Shown here piece by piece: positions 37,047 through 47,660 of a stretch of 64,000 bases of DNA. The stretch is from Lama glama (taxonomy: Eukaryota): the NCBI GenBank assembly GCA_028534125.1, contig CM052816.1, forward strand, positions 52,392,001-52,456,000, written 5' to 3'. The number at the start of each line of letters is the position of its first letter. Position 1 is the first letter of the stretch. Made by a program: the position numbers and the translations under genes. The notes beneath the pieces are model-generated. The model worked only from the letters and a program-made list of their open reading frames with translations. It did no database searches and had not been told where the DNA came from.

Positions 37047-37214
37047 GTGCTCTCTCATCTCGTTGGCCACGGTGTTGGACATCATGACGTAGCAGAGGAC
37101 AACGACCAGGATGAAGTAGAGCGCGTACATGAAGCGGGTGCTCCGGGACTGGCGAATCTTGGGGCAGCAGCCGCAGCAGAAGGAGCAGCCAGCACTTCCA
37201 CAGCAGCAGGCCAA
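37047..37214 (-). CDS. SERINC5: Serine incorporator 5, internal coding exon 2 (168 nt, phase 0/0)
   Basis: Translates to LACCCGSAGCSFCCGCCPKIRQSRSTRFMYALYFILVVVLCYVMMSNTVANEMREH, the Cys-rich N-terminus and first TM helix of SERINC5. The acceptor is tgtgttcttttcctAG (AG at 37216-37215) and the donor is GTGAGT (37046-37041). Confidence 0.95.
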
Positions 37215-37915
37215 CTAGGAAAAGAACACAAAAAAGTCTCAGAGCCACGACTTTACAAACCTATTGCCCCAGACAGCTGTGGGTGGGGAGACCACCCTTC
37301 TGAGGCACCTGGCCCACAGAGGGTGAGCGAACAGTTGAGTGTGTGAACAGGGCCTTCACCAGAAGGTCTAACATCGTCTTCAACAAACTTGAGGGCCTGG
37401 GAGACGTCCAACCATTACACAGAAAAGGCAACCTTCACCCGAAGCACTGCAGTCACTCTCAAAGAAGCCAGCCAAGAGCAAGAGAAGAAGCCAAGAACTA
37501 GCAAAAGGACTAAGTGAAGCGAGAAGGATGTGAACACCAAGAAGCTGGGCCTAAGAAATGGACCTGCAAAACTCATGAGCCAAAGAATGAACTGCATGAA
37601 CACCTGGGGACATGTCGGGAGGGAAAGGTTAGGTGCCCTTGCATCCATCCTCCTTTGCAGGAAGTAATGGGAAGGTGGGGAGAGGAGGGGCAGTAACTTG
37701 AAGCACAAAAAACGTAGGTGCCTCTTCCGAGCATCCTTAAACTGGGCTTCAAGCCCCTCAGGGTAGGCTTTGGGCTCAGGAGTGGAGCATGACTGGGCTT
37801 TACCAGTCAACGCAACTGGACATAATTTGGGAATATTAAATAAAATAGGAATTGAGTTTTCAGGTTTGGGTCTGGTGTTAACCTATTTTTTCTTCTTTAA
37901 GAGTTGGGCTTTTTT

Positions 37916-38009
37916 ATGAATATATGTATGTATATGCATGACTGGGACTCTGTGCTGAACATCAGAAATTGACACATTGTAACTGACTGTACTTCAGTTA
38001 AAAAAAAAA
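37916..38009 (+). mobile_element. Very short 5'-truncated lineage-specific L1 3' terminus
   Basis: Same motif as 10978-11073, with a poly(A) end. Confidence 0.72.
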
Positions 38010-38011
38010 GT

Positions 38012-38306
38012 TTGTTTTTTGTTTTTAGAACTGTTTTAGGTTTTACAACAAAAATGAGAGGAAGGCATGGAGATTCCCCTTATGCCCCCGACTCCCACAC
38101 ACGTATAGCCTCCCCATTATCAATATCAGTCATCAGAATGGTACATTTTTTCCCAAGGATGAACCTGTACTGGCACATCATAATCACCCCAAGTCCACGG
38201 TTCACCTAAGGGTTTGGTCTTGATGTAGCATATTCAATGGGTTTAAGTAAATGTATGGTGCCATATACTCATCAACAGAGTATCAGGTGTTTTCACAGCC
38301 CTAAAA
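38012..38306 (-). mobile_element. L1MC-like 3' UTR
   Basis: Reverse-complement similar to 13000-13266 and 40190-40865. Confidence 0.78.
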
Positions 38307-40184
38307 AGAAACTGGATCTTTAATAAAGCACAGGGCAACAGAACACAGTGCTGTTAAAAGCTCAGTGTGTTCAGCCTGCCTGGGTTTAGGGCCTGGCTCT
38401 GCCCACCTACTTGCTGTGAACCAGGAGCAAATTATTTTTGAAGACTCAGAACCCCTTGTTTATTACAGTGATGGTGGCAACAGTACTTGGCATACGCAGT
38501 GGTCTCTTGCACAACCTAATCAGACACACCTGGGGTTAGGGAGGGATTTTTGTTGTTGTTGCTGTTGTTTAGCAAACAAGGAATTCTACAAGAGATTCCC
38601 ATAAACTACAAAGACAACCAAGCCTACATGTATTAACACAATATATATATATAAAACCTAAAACCTAACAATTTAGTCTCTCAGTAATGACTTAGCAGGA
38701 AGCCCAGAGCTTTGCACGGCTTCAAAACAAACATCAATTAGGAGGCTAGACTATAAACATCACTTACGAAGAGAAGAGATCAGAGGTGTAAGACCACAGG
38801 CTGTGATCATAATGACGTTACGATGGATCTTGGAAACCTACACATTTCCCAAGTTATTTCATTTACTTCATGAAGCTACCGTTGTTCGAGCCCTTTGTCA
38901 TTGTGTGCCATCTCATAACCTAAAAATTCTGCTGATGTAATCTCTCCATCTTAAGTTCAGTCTTCTAAGCCATTTTCCTCATGACTTTTCTTACCTCTTA
39001 AGGCTTGGCCACTGCTCTGTAAGATAAGCTATTCTATTGGGCTGAGCTAACAGATCACACGAGTGGGATCCTGACACTGCTGCCTGTGTGGTACTGTCAC
39101 AGGCACCTTCCGTTTCGTGCACACATTCATATTCTCTGTCCCTGATTCTGCTGATCCCTTTCACTCCTATGCCCCCGAATCTTCTTCTCTCTCCCTCCCC
39201 TGCTCCCCCTTCTCCCCACCCACTGGCTTAGCTGGCTTCTCCCCAGCCCTGCCTCCCTCCTCCTCTGCCTCCCAAATTCTTTCCAACTGCCTCATTCACT
39301 AGTTGCTAACTCGTTAAGCTCTAGGATCATAGATAAAGAGTTTTACTGTATTTCAAATTCAAGTGTGATAAACAAAACATTTATCTGACTTGGAAAAAGA
39401 AAAATTCAGAAGCAGTTGATGGTATCATCCCATGATAGGATTTACCCACAGCAGAAGCAACCTTTACACTTACTATTTCTGCAGAGGGGAACAATGAACA
39501 GATATATACATAATGTGAGCCTCATCAGTCATTAAAAGACAAACAGTGACACAGTAATGTGATTATGGAAAATGTGAAGAGAAAAATCAAACTGATTTTA
39601 TCCTATTCTGTCATTAAAGTCATGTATCACTGTGTGGATCTAATTTTTTAAACTCTCCTTATTTTTCACTTTCATTCTACATAGTACTACGGTATTCATA
39701 TGTGTGTGTTTATGTATATACAGACGTGTGCACATATATACACACATGCCTAATGTTAGCATCAAACAGCAGTTCTCTACTAGCCTAAGAGTTATTTATC
39801 AAAGCAAATGATGCCAGTAACCAAGGGTACAAGTGTGTTTCTTAAGCTAAACATTGATATGAGAAGTGGAAATTCAAAGCAGCATCCATAAAAGAAATGT
39901 TATGTTCGCAGCGAGGAACATCTCAGGCCTGCTGACCTACCACTTCTTTCTGGAGGAGCATAATTTAGAATAAAATGGGTTTACATTCGATTCCCTGCCA
40001 CTTACAGCTTTATTACTCTGAGCATGTTACTCCCCTAATCTTCCTTCAAAACTGGAAAAATCAACTCCTGGCCAGCCTAACGTCTGGGGCTGTCCCAAGC
40101 TTGGAGAGAAGTGCCTGTGTCCTGTTACCTCTGGCTCCAGACAACCTTAAACCTTTTACTGAACAAGTCAAGGTATAAAAAAGC

Positions 40185-40865
40185 AAATGTAGAATATACA
40201 ACACCAAGAGTAAACTATGGACTTGGGATGATAATGATATGTCAATGCAGGTTCATTGGTTGTAATTGTCAACTGAAAAAAAAGTACAACCTAAAAGTTG
40301 AGAATTACGTTTTACTTGGCGGACATTCTGAGTACTTCAAGCCCGGGACTGCTCCAAAGAGGTAAGGGAGGAACCCAGGATATATAGGGGTTTTGCAACA
40401 AAGACCAGGTAGTCCAAACATCAAAAGATGAGTGTTAAAGAAAACCAGGTATCTCAAGTTAAGGAATTTAGTGCTTTTCTACGTATGGGAAGATGCAAGA
40501 ATCTGGGCTCACTGAAATCATTCCTTTGATACACACCTTAGCTATCCTCAGCCAGAGTCCTGTTCTTTCTCATCCTTAGCCCCTCAGGGTGCACCACTGT
40601 GGGAGGTGGGGGGGCGGCTACAGTGGCTGCAACATCCTTTGTTTACTGGTATGACAAGCAATATTTTTCATTCACACTATGACCACTGTTACCAATACAA
40701 TTTTAACATTTGAATTGTATTTATGAATTGAGGTGAAATTTGGTGAAGTTGAATGTACCAGTTTGGCGGGGGGTGTGGATAACAGGGGAAGCTGTGCATG
40801 TGTGCGGGCAGAGAGTCTAAGGGAAATCCCTGTACCTTCCTCTCAGTTTTGCTGCAAATTGAAAG
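40185..40865 (+). mobile_element. L1MC-like 3' UTR interrupted by an LTR
   Basis: aactatggacttgggatgataatg (40212) resumes after the LTR as aatgtacca...ccctgtaccttcctctcagttttgctg (40752-40855), collinear with 13070-13230. Confidence 0.78.
40267..40676 (-). mobile_element. Solo ERV1-class LTR
   Basis: TG...CA termini, strong similarity to 56590-57115, and a poly(A)-signal position near the minus-strand 3' end. Confidence 0.85.
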
Positions 40866-41414
40866 TATCTCTTCACTTGATCCTAGCCAAAAGGCCACGA
40901 AGCGATTAAAACATCTCTTAAAAATAAAGTCTACCGAAAAATAAACAATAACATGAACAAAACAGTGCCCATCAATGGCTGAAATGAATAAATGGATGCT
41001 GTGTAAATGATATACGGGAAAGTCATAAGAGCAACACTCCTCAAGCCAAAGGGCTGGCCAGCCCACTCCACAGGGCCAAGAGCACAAGTCATGTGCTGCG
41101 CTCTGACTTTCTGCCACCAGCATGGTATCACAGAGAGCTCGTTATTAGGGACTTTAACTGGTAGATACTGCACACGCTGTTTTTCCATAAGAAATTATCA
41201 CACATTCAAGAGAAACCCAAGACAATCTCTTTGGAGGGTGATGTTTGCAATTCTAGAAGTTCCTCCTGCAGATACGCTTGCACAAGGGCATAGAGATTTA
41301 GGTATAAGGTTGTTAAAAGCATAAAAACAATCTTATTATCCAGCTACAAAGGGGCTGGATAAATGAATTATGGATTATCTATACAATAGGATATAGTTTG
41401 AAAGAAGTCAGCCT

Positions 41415-41809
41415 TAGGGGCTAAATTCCATCCCTACCCGCCCCACCCTGTCATTCATATGTTGAAGTCCTAACCCCCCTGTACCTCAGAATGTGATTAA
41501 ATTTGAACAGGAGGCCATCAAAGGGGTAGTTAAGGTTAAATAAGGTCATTGAGGTGGGCCCTAATCCAACATGACTGGTGCCCTTGTAAGAAGAGCCAGG
41601 ACACAGACACACACAGAAAGAAGACCACATGAAGACACAGGGAGAAGACAGCCAGCTACAAGCTCAGGAGAGAAGCTTCAAAAGAGACCAACCCTTCCAA
41701 CTGCTTGATCTCAGATTTCTAGCCGCCCTGATCTATGACAATTAAATTTCTGTGGTCTAAACCACTCGGTCTGTGGTACTCTGTTACGAGAGCTCAGCAA
41801 ACTGACACA
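41415..41809 (+). mobile_element. MaLR solo LTR (MLT1-like)
   Basis: attcatatgttgaagtcctaacccc...acctcagaatgtga...gtgggccctaatccaa...aaatttctgtggtctaaaccac...aactgacaca. Confidence 0.88.
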
Positions 41810-41849
41810 GTCAGTAAGCCCTGATGTTTTATATGCATGCATATCTGTG

Positions 41850-42307
41850 CACTAATTAAAAACTGGCCCTTGCCATCTGCCTGTACATGGATTGAACCAT
41901 GAGCCGCTGCAGCCGCTGACCTTCAACACACCCTGAAAGGTGTTCAGGGTGGCCATCAGGAACAAGGTGCTCTGGGCTGTGGGAAAACTGGCAGAACAGG
42001 CCTTTAGATAGTTAATTTTAGGAGATTTTACGAGCCCAGAACCTTGCAGCTCCTCATATCTAGACACGAGATCATTAATGGTGACATCTGCTCCTCATGA
42101 CTAGCAGCAGCCTCTGCCAATACGCGTGCCTGACTGTACGTATCTCCCTTTCACGAAAATCATCGGTAATACTGACCTTCTGCCTACCTCTTCAGAGTAG
42201 TTCCTCAGAGCTACCTGAGATGCTGTCGCCTGGGCTATTGTCCTCAGTTTCCCCAACTAAAACTTAACTCACAACTCTTGTGTCGTGTGCTTTCATTTCA
42301 GTTGCCA
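41850..42307 (+). mobile_element. Solo ERV1-class LTR
   Basis: LTR-like U3/R/U5 composition, ending aactaaaacttaactcacaactc...tttcagttgcca. This resembles the 3' terminus of the 40267 and 56590 LTRs. Confidence 0.75.
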
Positions 42308-43559
42308 TGTCTGGGTGGGTGGGGGGGCCTGTAGATGCAAAATACCTGTAGAGTGGGGAGGAGAACAAGACAGCTACATCTTGCTGCTCTGCTCTCCTGC
42401 CTAGGTTCTCACCATGTGTGTGTATTACTCTCATGACTAAAAAAAAGAAAGTTTAAGGGAGGTTTGAAGATATGGATGTAAAAAGTATTTGCAACTGTGG
42501 CACTGACTTTTGTGATTTTTTTCTTTCTGAAGAACCCTCCCCTCCCCCAAACATACTGAAAAGGAAAAATTTCAAAGAGCCGTCCACACCCTCTCCAACT
42601 TCCTTGGAAATAGCAGCAGCATGAATAGCAAAGGCTTTGCTAAACAGAAGGTGCTTTGTGCTTCCCAGGGCAGAGTCCAGATTAAAGAAAGGATCAGCCG
42701 GCTACTTGCGGCTACCTGGAGTTGGGCCTCCCCTCAGTGTTAGTTTTCTTCTCCAATCTTAGCTGTTCACACATACCCCCCACACAACACAATAAATAAA
42801 TACCAGTCTCCCTCCCCGTCCTCCCTTGCTGGCCTTGGCCTGGGCCAGCTCTTCTAAGGACAGTTCTTCTAAGGACTGATTCCAGGCACTTGAGAAAGTG
42901 ACCACAGAAGCAGAGCTAGGGCCGGCAGTAACTTACAGATTCTTTTTTTGTTAAATTAAAAAGCACAATTCCTTTATTACCTACAATTCACAGCTGACAA
43001 CAGCACCAATTGGAAATAGCAAAGAATCAGGAAGAAAGCAAAAGAGATGTCATAGAATTGGCATAAAAACACATACAACACAGATCTTATACAGTTCCTC
43101 TCTCCCTCCCTCAAGTCCTATTTTCACAGTTCCAACAGGCTCGCTTAAGCGCACAGGAAGGACAACTGGTGTAACAGCACACGTCAGAGAAGCAGGGGGC
43201 CAGGATCTAACTCTGTGCCTCCGGGTCTTCGTCTTCCTCACTTGTACGTTGAAGGGGCCTAGGCAGGCTGTGGATGGGAGGTAAACAGGTTTCATCTCCC
43301 ATTCAGCTCATCGGCAGTGGCGGTCTAGAACACCGTGTGGAGGGTGGCTCCAAGGCTGAATGTTTCAGCAGTGAAAACTCAAGGACCAGAGGCGTGGTGG
43401 CATCCATGCTACGGTCTGGTCATCCCTACAAGCCGTGACCTGGTCCCTACCATCCATAAACTCTTAGTGTTGAAAAATGACCTGCAAGAGACAAGTGCTG
43501 GGCCAACTGATGTCCTTCAATGTCCAACGACCCCCATTTCTGGGCTCTCAGACGTCTGC

Positions 43560-44036
43560 CTGTGATCCCTCAACAGATAAAGCACATTCTTTACTGGGTG
43601 TGTTTCCCCTAACTCACAGCCCTAGGTAATGCTCAGGCTGGCTTGTTTCAGCCCACCTTATCTGTCACAAACCCCCACCGCCCTTCATGGACCCTACATC
43701 TCTTACCTCACCTGCAACCAGAGACTTGTGCACAAGCCAATCAGGCACCTCGTGACCCTCCCTTAGAAAAGACCTCAGTAACCAGGCCTCGGTGCTCATG
43801 CAGGCACCCCTCACCTGCGTGGCCCGCTAGTGCTTAAGGCAGCGGAACTATTAAACTTTCCCCTGTTCTTCACCTCGGGACTCACACAGACATCTCTTTC
43901 TGTGTGGCCTGCTATTTTCTATGACGGTGTACCCTAATAAACTCTTTTCTATTCTTACACTTAATCTCTGGTAAATTCTTTTACCAACCCGTGTGTCACT
44001 GGCTCACCGACTGGCCACCCCATTGTGCCCACAACA
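43560..44036 (+). mobile_element. Old solo LTR (ERVL-class, MER54/73/74-like; tentative)
   Basis: AATAAA at about 43936, followed by ggtaaattcttttacc...cccacaaca terminus. Confidence 0.55.
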
Positions 44037-46070
44037 GCAAGCACGTTGTGTTAAACCCAAAGCAAGAGGGAAGAGAGAAATATCAATCAAAAATAGAGAA
44101 GAACTAAAAAGTGGAGCAGTCAAAAGCTCTTCAGGCAGCCGACGGGTTCTATGAGCATGGCTCGATGCTTTCCCGTCTATGCTGTCCGAGGTACAGCTGC
44201 GGTGGGGCGGTGACTCATGTTCATCACCGTAACTCGTGTTCCCTTCCTTCCACTTAGGAAGGCAAGCAAGTGTGTAAGGACACTTTGTCACAAGAATCAC
44301 CCCAAACGTGGGTCACATTCTTCAGTTTCAGTGCTTTAGCTCTGGGGCATATAAATCCCCCAGTGATGTGGAAAACACTCATTCATTCATTCAGACTTAT
44401 TCCTTGAGAGTTCTGGACAGCCCCGTTGGCTTAGTGCATCTAAACTAAGTCCAAAATGCAACAGGAAAGAAAGCTTCAAATCTGACACCACCCTACATTC
44501 AGTCCCTTTTCCAGACTTGGAAACCCAGAAGCTCTAGCAGAACAGAGGAAAGACTTAAGAGATTTCTGTTAACTATAATAATTATAATACTGTCCCTTCA
44601 TAAATGGTGAGGAGGTGGGGCAGCAGCAGGGAAGTTCCTAAAAAAATGAAGTTGTTGAAGCTGTTAGAAGCAGAACCCAGATGTTTCTGTTCATGCGGGG
44701 GGTTATAATACCAAGGAAAACAGAAAAAAAAAAAACAGGAAAGATAAAACTGGGTTCAAAATATTTTATTAAAGTAAATAGTGCTCTCTATCCTCGAACG
44801 ATATTTAGATTTCCACCTTTTGGGGTAGCACATGATACTACTCAGGTGATGTCATAGCCGCTTTTCTTCCCTTTCTTTTGAGGTTTTAGGATTAGCTGTG
44901 ACTCACCGGTGGTCAGCAGAGAGGGAATGAACAACTGATTCTACTTTGATAGCAGTGTTTGGAGCTTTAAGGGATTTCTCTGAACTCACAAGAGAAAAAC
45001 TCAATCAACATTTTGCAGCTCATTCTCCCCACTCTATTCTCAGAAAATAGCTGCCCACTGAGCTCAGACAGACCTTTTGTCCACCACAACCAGAAGATGG
45101 AGGGAGTCGTAAATAACAATTCTTGCCACCACGGTGCCAGGTGCTGCCCTTTCCCAGCAGCTTGCAAGGAAATGACGTGACTTGAAAGCTAGGAGGACGA
45201 GAACACGCAATTCCTCTGCTCAGTGAAGGAGTATCTTACTGCACAAAAAAGAAGAGCTGGCAGGTAGTCGCTAAGTCACAAAATGAATGTGTTTTAGGAA
45301 ACTCAGCACATATTACCATGTGTTAGTAAGCTGGTTTGTTTGGGGCTGACAGTGGATTTCTCCCACACAGAAGAATACAGAGCAAACCAACAACTATTAT
45401 CATGAGCTACTATATCACCCCAGCCCTTACAGAGCTGGCTAGCGAGCGGGTAGAGCCAGGATTTGCATCTGGTAGGCTCTCTGCTACTTTGCTCTGCCTA
45501 CTGCTGCATATAAAGAGGGTGTCCCAGACAGAAAGACAACACCGGCCTGAAACCTTGGTTTCCGACAGCTGGGAAACTGTGGGAAGGAGGAGGCAAGCAA
45601 AGAAGCAGCTCTTCTCTCCTGCCCTCAGGGGTACAGAAAGCATTCAACAAATATCTGAAGAGGGCATCTCCCTTGGTGAGCTCCCTCCTCTCTCCCAGGC
45701 AACCTCTGGCCTCAGTGGACCTGGATGACCTCTAGTAAAACTCGGCCCTGAGCAGCTCACCCCCTCCCATCACCAAGCTCCCCATCTCACCTACAAGTCC
45801 TACCCCACTTTAAAAGCCCTATTCCTAGTCCTATGAAAATAACCAGGCCATTCATTCACTCAATAGTTCTTATACTACATTCCTGCTTGTGCAGTGTTAG
45901 CTCCTGGAAGGCAACAATAAACAAGGGCCCTTGTTTCTACCCTCACTAAGCACGAATACAAAGACATATACACAAGCATGACCACCTATGTGTTGTTTAG
46001 AAGAAAGGAAACCTAGATGTTCCTTTCTGCATCAGAAAGAGTACTGATCACTGAAATTACAGTACATTCA

Positions 46071-46234
46071 TTTTTAAATTTTTTTAAAAAAATTTATACA
46101 ATTTATTTTTATTTATTTTTAGAGGGAGGCAATTAGGTTTATTTATTTATGTTTAGAGAAGGTTCTGAGGATTGGACCCAGGACCTCATGCATGCTGAGC
46201 ATGCGCTCTGCCACTGAGCTATACCATCTCCACC
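46071..46234 (-). mobile_element. tRNA-derived SINE (Vic-1-like)
   Basis: The reverse complement reads GGTATAGCTCAGTGGCAGAGCGCATGCTCAGCATGCATGAGGTCCTGGGTCCAATCC...AAACCTAATTGCCTCCC, followed by an A-rich tail. Confidence 0.87.
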
Positions 46235-47244
46235 TGGCACATTGGTATTGTTGAACCCAATGCATCCACTGAGAAGATTATACAGATTATACAGAAAAAG
46301 CTACCACCATGGAAAGATGCCCACACTGCATTAACCGAAAATAGTTAACAAAACAATGGTATAGGGTGTGATAATATTTGGGGTAAAATTGTAACAAGAC
46401 ACAGATCTGCAATAACAACAAACAATCTTGAAGTACGTACCAGTATGCCAACAGCAGTTAAGAAAGTTGTAAGATTGTGAGTGACTAGGCTTTTCTGTAT
46501 TTTCCGAACACTTTGCAACAAGCACACATCTTATAATTAGATAAACATTACAAGTTTCTATTTTGGAAGAAAACAAAATGACTACCTATGAGGTACACAC
46601 TCAAAATATCTGAAAAATCTATCAGCCAGTGAGTAAATGAGTTCTACTTCAGCTATGTGTTCACTCTGGCTGTTTTCTGCCAATCACTGGAATTGAGGCA
46701 TAAAACTAGAAGACTCCTACTACACTACTTCGGAGGTCTGTCAGAAAGGAGTTGGGGGTGGGTGGTTTCTCACGCAAGTTTCAACATACGAGCACATGCT
46801 GGTTTCAAGAGCACTTCCATGAAAAGCACTGTCAAGGGTCCGAGTCCCTCCCTCCTTAGCTGGCACTCAGTACTCACTGCCACTAGGGGCGAATCTGAAA
46901 CGGGCAAGGACGGGCTGTGAACACCGGGGAAGCACTGGCTGTGGGGTCACGCTGGATCCTGGACAAAACTGCTCCCTTGTTGGAAGTCTCTTTCTCACAG
47001 GGTTAGGGTTACTTTCGGCACCAAAAGGATGTAGATCAAGTTCTCTGTTCTCAGACAGCAGTTGGATTCTTTAAATCATTCCATCACACCACCCTCTGCT
47101 TACATATGTTCTAAAAAAGACCACTTAATATATTTTACTAGGTTGGTGGAAAGAACCTATAAGGTTTAAGGTTAAAAGGTAAGCTGACTCCACTTTCCAG
47201 CAGTTCAACAGCAAACAAATACTCCTGGGGAGACATCACTTACA

Positions 47245-47440
47245 GCAAACTGTCAAACTCAGTCCCACTGGGGGCTGCATCACTCTCGGCTGGGGGGCTG
47301 TCCTGTGCACTGTGGGTGTTTAGCAGCATCTCTGGCCTCTACCCATTACATGGCAGCAGCACCCCTCCTTCTCCCTCACAAGTGGAGACAATCAGAAATG
47401 TCTCAGACAACTGCCCTCCCCCTCCCGTTGAGAATCCCTG
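47245..47440. mobile_element. MER20 (hAT-Charlie) DNA transposon relic
   Basis: gggggctgtcctgtgcactgt...tttagcagcatctctggcctctaccca...aaatgtctc...gttgagaa. Confidence 0.85.
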
Positions 47441-47444
47441 ATTT

Positions 47445-47660
47445 CGGGATTAAGAGCAAGAGTGCCAGAGCCTGGCTGTCTGGGATCACACCCAAGCTCG
47501 AATGCAGCCTGGTCATGAGGACTCGGACCAGTTCTTACTTCTCAGGTCTCAGTTACCTCACTGTAAAATGGGAATAAAAATATCTACTTCACAAGGTTGT
47601 CGAGAGGGTTAAATGAGACAGTTCAGGAGAAGTTCTTAGCACAGAGCCTGGCACGGAGCA
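47445..47660 (+). mobile_element. MIR SINE
   Basis: ctcagttacctcactgtaaaatgggaataa...ttaaatgag...cttagcacagagcctggcac. Confidence 0.75.

Noticed and set aside
36936..37214. 92-aa stand-alone ORF
   Set aside because: The apparent start is the TTG after the splice acceptor, and the tail reads through the donor into the intron. Only 37047-37214 is exon.
42850..42876. Direct repeat TCTTCTAAGGAC x2
   Set aside because: An isolated micro-duplication, not an array, with no sign of function.
46878..46895. CTCF-like motif CCACTAGGGGCG
   Set aside because: One base short of the core spacing, and unsupported without ChIP data.
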